DNA from: an uncultured virus (IMG/VR IMGVR_UViG_3300025501_000001)
Taxonomy: Duplodnaviria > Heunggongvirae > Uroviricota > Caudoviricetes
DNA: 20,000 nt
Direction: 5' to 3' (one strand)
IMG/VR virus record: IMGVR_UViG_3300025501_000001
Shown here: positions 8,123-14,657 of the stretch, piece by piece
How positions within the stretch are numbered: position 1 is the first letter of the stretch
Layout of the letters: each line of letters starts with the position of its first letter
Program-made: the position numbers and the translations under genes
The notes under the pieces: generated by a model
Told to the model about the DNA's origin: nothing
The model's database searches: none
What the model saw: only the letters and a program-made list of their open reading frames with translations

Positions 8123-8416
8123 ATGATAGTGAAGCGTAAAAGAGGCAGACAACCGAAACCGAGAATGACGCCGGCACAGGTTCGCAAAATAAAAGCGGAG
8201 ATGGCCCTGTACGACGTCACGCAGGAAGCAGTCTCCGCAGCCGTGGGTGTCGATCCGAGCGCGGTGAGCCACACCGTAGCGAGCAGGACTAGTTCAAAGC
8301 CTATAAGAGAGATGATTGCCCGTATGGTGTTGGCCGCGCAATTTAAGGTGCCTGTCGAGTCCCTCCTGCAGGAAATGGTCGATGTCAAGATGAAAGAATT
8401 ATTCGGGGAAGGATAG
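8123..8416 (+). CDS. Cro/Ner-like HTH transcriptional regulator
   Basis: IKAEMALYDVTQEAVSAAVGVDPSAVSHTV...SKPIREMIA HTH; first gene of the rightward operon. Confidence 0.75.
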   Translation: MIVKRKRGRQPKPRMTPAQVRKIKAEMALYDVTQEAVSAAVGVDPSAVSHTVASRTSSKPIREMIARMVLAAQFKVPVESLLQEMVDVKMKELFGEG

Positions 8417-8553
8417 CGCCTCATGATCTTGATGACACTTATACCACGCGCGGAAATCCGCTGCAATTACAAAGTGTATGGGGGCATTGTAATGGCCGAT
8501 CGGAAGGTGAGCCTCATGAGACTACCTGCCCTCCTTTCAAGGGACACAGCCCT

Positions 8554-8769
8554 GTGAAGCTGGACAAGGACGATATCCAGGCCATCGCCGAGGCTGTAGT
8601 CGAACGCCTCATGCATGCCCCCACGGGCAAACCGAGCGGCAAGAACCTGAAGCCCTACGACAAATACGAGTTCTCGCAAGTAATGGCGAAGGCGCGCCGG
8701 ACAGGGAACTACAAACCGCTCACCGAATACATCGCGGCCCACTTCCCGCCCGAGGAGAAAGCGGCATGA
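8554..8769 (+). CDS. Hypothetical phage protein
   Basis: 71 aa; GTGA and ATGA coupling with neighbours; MKLDKDDIQAIAEAVVERL N-terminus. Confidence 0.6.
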   Translation: MKLDKDDIQAIAEAVVERLMHAPTGKPSGKNLKPYDKYEFSQVMAKARRTGNYKPLTEYIAAHFPPEEKAA

Positions 8770-9029
8770 AAGGGGAATTGAAAAAACAAGTGTATGGGGG
8801 CGTTGTAATGGCCGATCGCGGCGCGATCCCAGCCATGAGCGAGGAGCTCCCGATCGCCGTCGAGCACGAAGGCAAACAGTACCGGTGCCTGTGCCTCCCG
8901 GAGGCGTCTTACGGCGGACGATGGGAATATCTCTACCAGGGACGATGGCATTCCGTCAGGAACTATTCGCTGAAGATGCTTCTCAACGGACTTTTGCAAA
9001 ATCGGGTTGCCAAAAACGGCAGAGGATAG
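8766..9029 (+). CDS. Hypothetical phage protein
   Basis: ATGA overlap with the previous stop; SD GAGGAG upstream. Confidence 0.55.
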   Translation: MKGELKKQVYGGVVMADRGAIPAMSEELPIAVEHEGKQYRCLCLPEASYGGRWEYLYQGRWHSVRNYSLKMLLNGLLQNRVAKNGRG

Positions 9030-9123
9030 GAAAGGGAAGGATTGGAATGGGACGGGAAACCAAGCTAAATCAACCGGTACCGCGGGCATCCGTGGCCGGT
9101 ATTTTCTTTTTTCGGAGGGCTGC

Positions 9124-9657
9124 ATGAACTCATTTGAGGCGATGAGGCGATGCATCTCGGGAAGGACGCGGCGCCTTGCGAGACGGCTGCGGCTTTCCCC
9201 TTCGCTCGTCGGAAAGTGGCAGGAGCCGACGGGGGGAACGTTCTCGGGCTGCCTCAACCCGCTCGACCGGGTGAAGGAGTGCATCGATGAAGCCATAGCG
9301 AGCGGGGTACCCGAGGAAGAAGCCCTGGCGCCCGTTGATTACCTCTGCGAGACGTACAGGCGCGTGGCCGTGCCCGTGATCGGGAAAAACAGCATGGAGC
9401 ATGGAGCATGGAGCAAAGGCAGCAAAGAGCAGAGAGGAGAGAGCGCCGAGAGCGAGGACCTTACCAGGGAGCTGGCCAGGACGATAAGCGAGTTTGGCAA
9501 GCTGACCACCGAGGCCTCAGAGGCGATAGGCGGCGGCAGGGTCCGGAAACTCCATGTCCTCAAGATCGGCAGGCACGCATGGCGGGCGGCGAGACAGGCC
9601 CTCCTCTTCCTGTTCAAAGTCGAGAAGGCGGCAGCATCCTCCAGAGAGGCGGCATGA
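9124..9657 (+). CDS. Phage regulatory CII-like protein containing an in-frame heptamer-repeat stretch
   Basis: SD GGAGG then ATG 9124. LARRLRLSPSLVGKWQEP...SGCLNPLDRV...PVDYLCE and a C-terminal ISEFGKL...EAIGGGRV helix pattern typical of CII-family proteins. Confidence 0.65.
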   Translation: MNSFEAMRRCISGRTRRLARRLRLSPSLVGKWQEPTGGTFSGCLNPLDRVKECIDEAIASGVPEEEALAPVDYLCETYRRVAVPVIGKNSMEHGAWSKGSKEQRGESAESEDLTRELARTISEFGKLTTEASEAIGGGRVRKLHVLKIGRHAWRAARQALLFLFKVEKAAASSREAA

Positions 9658-9893
9658 AGAGCGCCGAGTCATTGAAGACGATGCCCCCCTCGCCCATGGG
9701 CGCCGTCGAGAAGATCCTGCTCACGGTCGAAGAGGCGGCTTTCGCCCTCGGAATAAGCGCAAGCACGATACGGTGCGGCATATCGAGACGGGCCAGGAGC
9801 CCGTTCCCTATAAAGCCCGTCAGGATAAACGGCTCGGTCAGGTTCGACAAACGGGACATACTGGCTTTCATAGACTCCATCAAGGAGGCGTAG
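9654..9893 (+). CDS. Excisionase/AlpA-like winged-HTH DNA-binding protein
   Basis: ATGA coupling; LLTVEEAAFALGISASTIR...PIKPVRINGSVRFDKRDILAFI is an HTH_17-type pattern. Confidence 0.8.
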   Translation: MKSAESLKTMPPSPMGAVEKILLTVEEAAFALGISASTIRCGISRRARSPFPIKPVRINGSVRFDKRDILAFIDSIKEA

Positions 9894-9894
9894 A

Positions 9895-10248
9895 ATGGCT
9901 CGAAAAAAAGATGAGCTTCGCATAGGCGGACCGAAGGAGGAAAAGCACCTGGCCGCGATAGCGTTTGCGGTCTTTACCATCCTGTCGGCCGGGATAATAG
10001 CGTGGTCCTGGCTGAGCGGTATCGAGTGGTCGGAGGGCTATGCGGCGGGTTACGAACAGGCTTGCGATGACGCCAGGCTGTCCGTCGCCATGCAACTTGA
10101 CGGGATGAAACCGTTCGAGATGGGGAAGACCCGAGTCGCGCTCGTCCCCCTCGGCGACCGCACTTTTTTCGTCCACGTCAAGGACCCGGCAAAATTTGCA
10201 CCGGCTGCTGCCACAATTGACACAGGCGAAGGTGTCCCAGGGCAATAA
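9895..10248 (+). CDS. Hypothetical membrane-anchored phage protein
   Basis: SD AAGGAGG; one hydrophobic helix (LAAIAFAVFTILSAGIIAWSWL). Confidence 0.6.
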   Translation: MARKKDELRIGGPKEEKHLAAIAFAVFTILSAGIIAWSWLSGIEWSEGYAAGYEQACDDARLSVAMQLDGMKPFEMGKTRVALVPLGDRTFFVHVKDPAKFAPAAATIDTGEGVPGQ

Positions 10249-10337
10249 CGCCCGAGATCGGGGGGCTAAGGGGTCCCGGCCCGTCAGTCGCCGACTGCCC
10301 CGAACGGCTTGCCTCGGCCTGCCCCCCGGTCTTTCTT

Positions 10338-10466
10338 AAGCAGCAGAGAGCATAAACATGTTCAAGGTTCAGGGTTCAAGGTTGAACATCGAACAGCCCT
10401 TTGCTCCAGAGCGAGCGCAGCGAGCGTGCTTCCTTTGCTCCATGCTCTCTGCTCTATGCTGCTTTT
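10338..10466. repeat. Nested heptamer element: type-B inverted arms enclosing a short type-A palindrome (10358-10395)
   Basis: AAGCAGCAGAGAGCAT ... ATGTTCAAGGTTCAGGGTTCAAGGTTGAACATCGAACA ... CTCCATGCTCTCTGCTCTATGCTGCTTT. Confidence 0.85.
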
Positions 10467-10492
10467 TAGGAGGCACATAATGGGAGGCGATC

Positions 10493-10879
10493 ATGGACTC
10501 ACGGATGACAGCACCACTCACCAGCGAGATAGCGCAAGGCTCCGGCTGCATCAAGGAAGATGCGCCCAGGCTGGGCGTCATTGTCGGGCTCGCGGGGACC
10601 AGGCAGGTCTTCGTAAACGGGGTCGAGCTTTCCCCCCGGGACAGCGCCCGCGTCATTCCATTTCTTGAGGGCGGTTTCTATTGGGGTTCCAAGGGGCGCG
10701 GTTCTTCTCAACTGGCCCTGGCAATCCTGCTCAGGTTCGTGGACGAGGGTACTGCCGTCAGCCTCTACAGCGATTTCGAGCGCGAGGTGATCGTGGCCCA
10801 GGCTGTCCCCGACCGGCCCCTTTCGCTCGTTGTCAAGCGCATACGGGCCTGGCTCGGCGGCAAGGGGGTAAAGGTATGA
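10493..10879 (+). CDS. DUF6166-like hypothetical protein
   Basis: GFYWGSKGRGSSQLALAILL...LYSDFEREVIV resembles the F-x-WG-x-x-G-x-G-x-x-QLALAIL motif as I recall it for this family. Confidence 0.55.
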   Translation: MDSRMTAPLTSEIAQGSGCIKEDAPRLGVIVGLAGTRQVFVNGVELSPRDSARVIPFLEGGFYWGSKGRGSSQLALAILLRFVDEGTAVSLYSDFEREVIVAQAVPDRPLSLVVKRIRAWLGGKGVKV

Positions 10880-11124
10880 CCCTCATCGAGCAAAGAAACG
10901 GCGACGGCAGTCTCGCCGGCAGGTGCGATGCCCGGTGCTACGAGGCCAAGAACCCCGATTGCGACTGTATCTGCGGCGGCAAGAACCACGGGGCCGGCCT
11001 CAAGCAGGCCATGGACAATACCAGCGCAATGACTGCGGCCCTTCTCGAGAAGACCGGCGTCAGCGTACCGTCCCATAACGGTGACCTCTTTGCCCTCGGT
11101 GTTCTCACGGCGGTGCGGACATGA
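10876..11124 (+). CDS. Small Cys/His-rich (putative Zn-binding) phage protein
   Basis: ATGA coupling; RCDARCYEAKNPDCDCICGGKNHG. Confidence 0.65.
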   Translation: MTLIEQRNGDGSLAGRCDARCYEAKNPDCDCICGGKNHGAGLKQAMDNTSAMTAALLEKTGVSVPSHNGDLFALGVLTAVRT

Positions 11125-11143
11125 CAACACAGGAGATAAAGGT

Positions 11144-11743
11144 ATGAAAATGGCTAAGAAGTCCCCGGCCCCGGCCGGTGATACAATTACTATCCCGGCG
11201 CTCAATATCGAGGTGATGATGATAAGGATCGTGGGCGATTCTCCTCTTATTTGCCACGCATGGAGTCCCAAGGCAAAAAAGGAGATGCTCGACAAGCAGA
11301 TGAAAAAAGCCAAGGCCCCGAAGGAGGCCAAAGACCCGCAGAAGGACTTCGAAGAGTCTCTTTATCGGCGACCTGATGGTGGATATGTCTTTCCGGCGAT
11401 TGCTTTCAAGGCCGCCGCGGTCGATGCATGCAGCCACGTGGCCGACGTTACGAAGGTCCTGGCAAGGGGCGCCTTTCACGTCGTGGGCGAGTGGGTAGAG
11501 ATCGAGGGCGAGCCGAGGATGCGGGAGGATATGGTAAGGATAGGGCTCGGCACGGCTGACCTTCGGTATCGTGGCGAGTTTCCCACCTGGTGCGCCAAGG
11601 TGACAGTAAGGTACAACAGAAACGTCCTGTCCGCCGAGCAGATCGTCAGCCTTTTCAACACGGCTGGTTTCGCGATAGGCATCGGCGAATGGCGCCCGCA
11701 GAAAAACGGGGGCTTCGGAATGTTTCACGTGGAGATGAAATAG
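11144..11743 (+). CDS. Stand-alone RAMP/Cas7-like RNA-binding protein (Vipr-like), ~199 aa
   Basis: SD AGGAG 11131-11135, ATG 11144. RAMP hallmarks in order: beta1 IRIVGDSPLICH, YVFPAIAFKAAAVDA (cf. PxIPGSSxKGxxR), and a C-terminal Gly-rich loop GIGEWRPQKNGGFGMFHV. No other cas genes nearby. Confidence 0.75.
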   Translation: MKMAKKSPAPAGDTITIPALNIEVMMIRIVGDSPLICHAWSPKAKKEMLDKQMKKAKAPKEAKDPQKDFEESLYRRPDGGYVFPAIAFKAAAVDACSHVADVTKVLARGAFHVVGEWVEIEGEPRMREDMVRIGLGTADLRYRGEFPTWCAKVTVRYNRNVLSAEQIVSLFNTAGFAIGIGEWRPQKNGGFGMFHVEMK

Positions 11744-11759
11744 GATTCGACCAGCGCTT

Positions 11760-11940
11760 GGTTAGGCGGGGCAAGTCACGGCAAGGCTGGGCCCGGTAGG
11801 GCCGGGCAGGCAAGGCGAGGCTGGGCTTGCGAGGCAGGCTGGGTATGGCGAGGTATGGCAGGGCATGGTCGGGCTCGGCAAGGCAGGCCAGGCACGGCAA
11901 GGCGCGGCCAGTCAGGGCATGTTGTGGCAGGGCGAGGTTT
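11760..11940 (+). ncRNA. GGY-NN pentamer array; putative guide-RNA locus of the upstream RAMP protein
   Basis: 33 pentamers, 30 of them GG(C/T)NN (exceptions GTCAC, GTCAG, GTTGT), with variable NN. GGCA tetramers at 11805, 11833 and 11882. Ends in a T-run. Intergenic, 16 nt after the RAMP stop. The repeat is directly seen; RNA status is inferred. Confidence 0.75.
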
Positions 11941-11965
11941 TTTAAATTCATGACGGGGGGCGCTC

Positions 11966-12583
11966 ATGAAGCAGGACTGTACCAAGAGTAAAGCGGGCAC
12001 GAATTATTTGAGACAGGCTGAAGAGAAGACGTTTTTTGCTTTCCTCAAGAACCGGAAGGACCGGCAGGCCGAGAGAGACTTCGTGCTCCTGGAACTGTGC
12101 CGGCTCACGGCCCTCCGGAGGGGGGAAGCGCTTGCCCTTAACGTCGGCCACGTCGCCGGAAAGGAAAAGATCGTGGTCGACGCGGTGGTCGCCGAAAAGG
12201 GCGCTATCGGCGAGGTCCTGATCTGTAAGCAGTTGCAGGAGATAATTTCCCGGTTCATGAGGCTCAAGCGCGCCTGGCGCGAGTCTCTGGAAGACGATGC
12301 GCCCCTCTTCGTGAGCAGGAAGGGCCGGCGTCTTTCCCTGCGGGCGTTCAACGATATCATGGACAAATGGTGTGCACTCGCGGGCATCCCCCGCTACACG
12401 CCCCACGCGCTGAGGCACACGAAGGCAAGGCGGGTCTTGGACGACGTGAAGCACCTGAGCCCCGAGGAGCAAAGGAAGGCCCTGCTCTTCGTGAAGAAGC
12501 AGCTCCGGCACAAGTCGCTCAGCGCGACCATGGTCTACACGCAGCCGACGAAGGAAGAAATGGCGAAGGTAGCGGAGATATAG
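11966..12583 (+). CDS. Short tyrosine recombinase (catalytic domain only)
   Basis: 205 aa; ALRRGEAL (R), AEKG (K), PHALRHT, QLRHKS, TMVY (Y); no arm- or core-binding N-terminal domain. Confidence 0.9.
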   Translation: MKQDCTKSKAGTNYLRQAEEKTFFAFLKNRKDRQAERDFVLLELCRLTALRRGEALALNVGHVAGKEKIVVDAVVAEKGAIGEVLICKQLQEIISRFMRLKRAWRESLEDDAPLFVSRKGRRLSLRAFNDIMDKWCALAGIPRYTPHALRHTKARRVLDDVKHLSPEEQRKALLFVKKQLRHKSLSATMVYTQPTKEEMAKVAEI

Positions 12584-12585
12584 GG

Positions 12586-12750
12586 ATGCGGCGAGAGACC
12601 TGGACCGAAGAGAAGCTGGCGCTCCTGGCGACCTACGTCGATAACGGTTTCTCCCAGGAGCACATGAAGTTCATGCTCGGGATAAACGACGCCGAGCTCG
12701 AGGACGGCCTGAGTCGCCTCGCCGGCAAAAGCAGCAAGCATGGAGCATAG
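12586..12750 (+). CDS. Small HTH-like hypothetical protein
   Basis: MRRETWTEEKLALLATYVDNGFSQEHMKFMLGI; its stop TAG lies inside type-B heptamers. Confidence 0.55.
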   Translation: MRRETWTEEKLALLATYVDNGFSQEHMKFMLGINDAELEDGLSRLAGKSSKHGA

Positions 12751-12802
12751 GGATGTTCAAGGTTCAAAGTTCGAAGTTCAAAGTTGGGGAAAAAGAGGAT
12801 TT
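12730..12802 (+). repeat. Type-B heptamers plus left arm only of a type-A element
   Basis: AGCAGCAAGCATGGAGCATAG-GG-ATGTTCAAGGTTCAAAGTTCGAAGTTCAAAGTTGGGGAAAAAGAGGATTT. Confidence 0.85.
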
Positions 12803-12827
12803 ATATACTTAACGACCGAGAGGAATA

Positions 12828-13235
12828 ATGGCTGATTGGCAGACAGTTCGCTATGACCCGACATACGAAGAGAAACTGGATGAGGAAATCATTCCGCTTT
12901 GCGACGCCCTAAACGCTGCTGGTTTCGTTACGACCTCATCCTGTACAATGCACGGACAGGGCTGGCCGTATGTATTTTTCGAGCACAGCACCGATGAGCG
13001 AATCGAGCGGCTGGCAAGATTCGTCAAAAAGGGCGAAATTGGTGATTATCGACCGTATTTCACGATGTGGCAGAAAGAGATTTTGGAGGATGGATATGCC
13101 TGGTGCCTCGAAATCCACCTAAACAACGTTTACTGCGACACGGCGCAAGCAGTCGTATCGAGGGAGCGCAGCCACGCATTGGCCAGCGTAACGGAAGCAG
13201 TAGTTGATTGGGGAGCGAGGGAGTTAAGTATATGA
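12828..13235 (+). CDS. Hypothetical protein with a TYW3-like N-terminal motif, lying between the two halves of a heptamer element
   Basis: SD GAGAGGA. LDEEIIPLCDALNAAGFVTTSSCTMHG resembles the D-x-x-I-x-x-L-x-x-x-LN...TTSSCxG motif. Looks more AT-rich than its neighbours by eye. Confidence 0.55.
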   Translation: MADWQTVRYDPTYEEKLDEEIIPLCDALNAAGFVTTSSCTMHGQGWPYVFFEHSTDERIERLARFVKKGEIGDYRPYFTMWQKEILEDGYAWCLEIHLNNVYCDTAQAVVSRERSHALASVTEAVVDWGARELSI

Positions 13236-13240
13236 ATCCC

Positions 13241-13287
13241 GAAAAAAAAGGTTTTAACCTTGAACGTTGAACATCGAACATTGAACA
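13241..13287 (+). repeat. Right arm only of a type-A heptamer element
   Basis: GAAAAAAAAGGTTTTAACCTTGAACGTTGAACATCGAACATTGAACA. Confidence 0.85.
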
Positions 13288-13306
13288 GCTTATGGCGGGG
13301 GGAACC

Positions 13307-13633
13307 ATGGATGCAGCATCGCAAAAGAGCGCGAACGGCAAGGGCGAAGGCGGGGTATCGATCGATGACTTCCTTGTCCTCAAATACAAAGAGCTCTTCC
13401 AATGGTTCTGGGACGAACGGGAGAAGACCGGCATGTGGTTCTCCGAGATCAGGGAGCGGCTCCCCAAGTACTACGAGACGATCGTGGTCGAACTGAAGAA
13501 GATGGCCGACGCCTGCGAGCAAGGGACCTTCCAGGGCATCGAGGAGGCGCAGGAACGCGCAAAGAAACTATTCAGCCGGGCGGTAGACAGGCTCAAGCAG
13601 ATAGCAGCAGAGAGCACAGAGCAGAGAGCATAG
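13307..13633 (+). CDS. Hypothetical helical phage protein
   Basis: GGGGGGA upstream of ATG 13307 (alternative start 13292); C-terminus and stop are encoded by type-B heptamers. Confidence 0.6.
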   Translation: MDAASQKSANGKGEGGVSIDDFLVLKYKELFQWFWDEREKTGMWFSEIRERLPKYYETIVVELKKMADACEQGTFQGIEEAQERAKKLFSRAVDRLKQIAAESTEQRA

Positions 13634-13712
13634 AGATGTTCAAAGTTCAGGGTTCAAGGTTTTAAAAAAGACGGAGGTTTAACATTGAACATTGAACATA
13701 GAACCTTGAACA
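13603..13712. repeat. Type-B heptamers (13603-13635) plus a full palindromic type-A element (13636-13712)
   Basis: AGCAGCAGAGAGCACAGAGCAGAGAGCATAGAG-ATGTTCAAAGTTCAGGGTTCAAGGTTTTAAAAAAGACGGAGGTTTAACATTGAACATTGAACATAGAACCTTGAACA. Confidence 0.9.
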
Positions 13713-13732
13713 AACGCAAGGAGGAGGGAACG

Positions 13733-13837
13733 ATGCGCGCTGAGATCAAATGCAACGTAACAAAGGAAGATGCCCGGGCTATCGCCCACGCCCTGGTAAA
13801 GGCGAAGAAGGGTGCGAAGGAGACCAAAAAACCGTGA
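13733..13837 (+). CDS. Small basic protein (34 aa), not in the ORF track
   Basis: Strong SD AAGGAGGAGG; MRAEIKCNVTKEDARAIAHALVKAKKGAKETKKP*; GTGA coupling to the next gene. Confidence 0.55.
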   Translation: MRAEIKCNVTKEDARAIAHALVKAKKGAKETKKP

Positions 13838-14445
13838 GCGCAGCCAAGCATTTCAACAGGGGAAACGTCTGGGGCCGCGTGCTCGAGGCGACCCTTAAAA
13901 AGAAGGGTGACAGCCCGTCTTACCTACAGCTCAAGATCGACTGCTCTTCCGAAAAGTACGGGAAGGTGAAGACCTACGGACGCATATGGGGCGCCGAGCG
14001 CATCAAGGCGTTTCAGGCCCTCTATAAGGACCACAAGGGCGACATCTTCCGGTTCACCGGCTTCCTCTCGCAGTACAGGAAGGAGTCGGACCTCAAATAC
14101 TACAACAACTTCAATTTCTACGAGTGGACGCTGGCGGAAGGCAAGGAGCCGAGGGCCGCCTTCATCCTGGTCTGCGACGTGACGCAGAAAGGGACGTTCA
14201 GGGGCGAGGGCAGGCTGGTAGTGGACCTGATCCGGAGCGGCGCGGACGCCGACACGCCCGTCGAGGAGAACTTCGAGCTCTGGACCGTCACCGGCGCGGA
14301 GATCTCCGACATGGTCCAGGGCGAGACTTACGAGCTGAAAGGCATGATCAGGCCCAGGGAGGCGGAGGACGAATACGGCGGGTCGGGCGGCGAGATCAAG
14401 GCGTATGTCATGGCGATCGCGAAGAGGACGAAAGATGGCGAGTGA
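13834..14445 (+). CDS. Putative OB-fold (SSB-like) protein, possibly with tandem OB folds
   Basis: GTG 13834. FNRGNVWGRV...GRIWGAERI...KGDIFRFTGFL resembles an SSB OB fold, and a second similar unit follows (AAFILVCDV...QGETYELKGMI). Confidence 0.5.
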   Translation: MSAAKHFNRGNVWGRVLEATLKKKGDSPSYLQLKIDCSSEKYGKVKTYGRIWGAERIKAFQALYKDHKGDIFRFTGFLSQYRKESDLKYYNNFNFYEWTLAEGKEPRAAFILVCDVTQKGTFRGEGRLVVDLIRSGADADTPVEENFELWTVTGAEISDMVQGETYELKGMIRPREAEDEYGGSGGEIKAYVMAIAKRTKDGE

Positions 14446-14449
14446 CAGA

Positions 14450-14657
14450 AGCAGCATGGAGCAAAGGGCTGTTCAAGGTTCAGGGTTCAAAGTTCAAGGT
14501 TCAAGGCTCGGAAAAGAGAGGGTTTTAACATTGAACATTGAACATCGAACTTTGAACGGCTCTGGATGTTCAAGGTTCAGGGTTCAAGGTTCAACGTTGA
14601 AAAAAGAGGGGGGTTTTTAACCTTGAACATTGAACATCGAACATCGAACATTGAACA
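14450..14657. repeat. Type-B heptamers plus two tandem full type-A palindromic elements (14470-14557, 14566-14657)
   Basis: Each copy is (GTTCARR)n - A/G-rich spacer ending GGTTTTAA or GGTTTTTAA - (YTTGAAC/ATTGAAC/ATCGAAC)n. Confidence 0.9.

Noticed and set aside
11590..12000. ORFs across the GGY-NN array (11590-11799 +, 11655-11951 -, 11776-12000 -)
   Set aside because: Low-complexity Pro/Ala/Arg/Gly translations expected from a GC-rich pentamer repeat. They overlap real genes, and a 5-nt period fits coding poorly.
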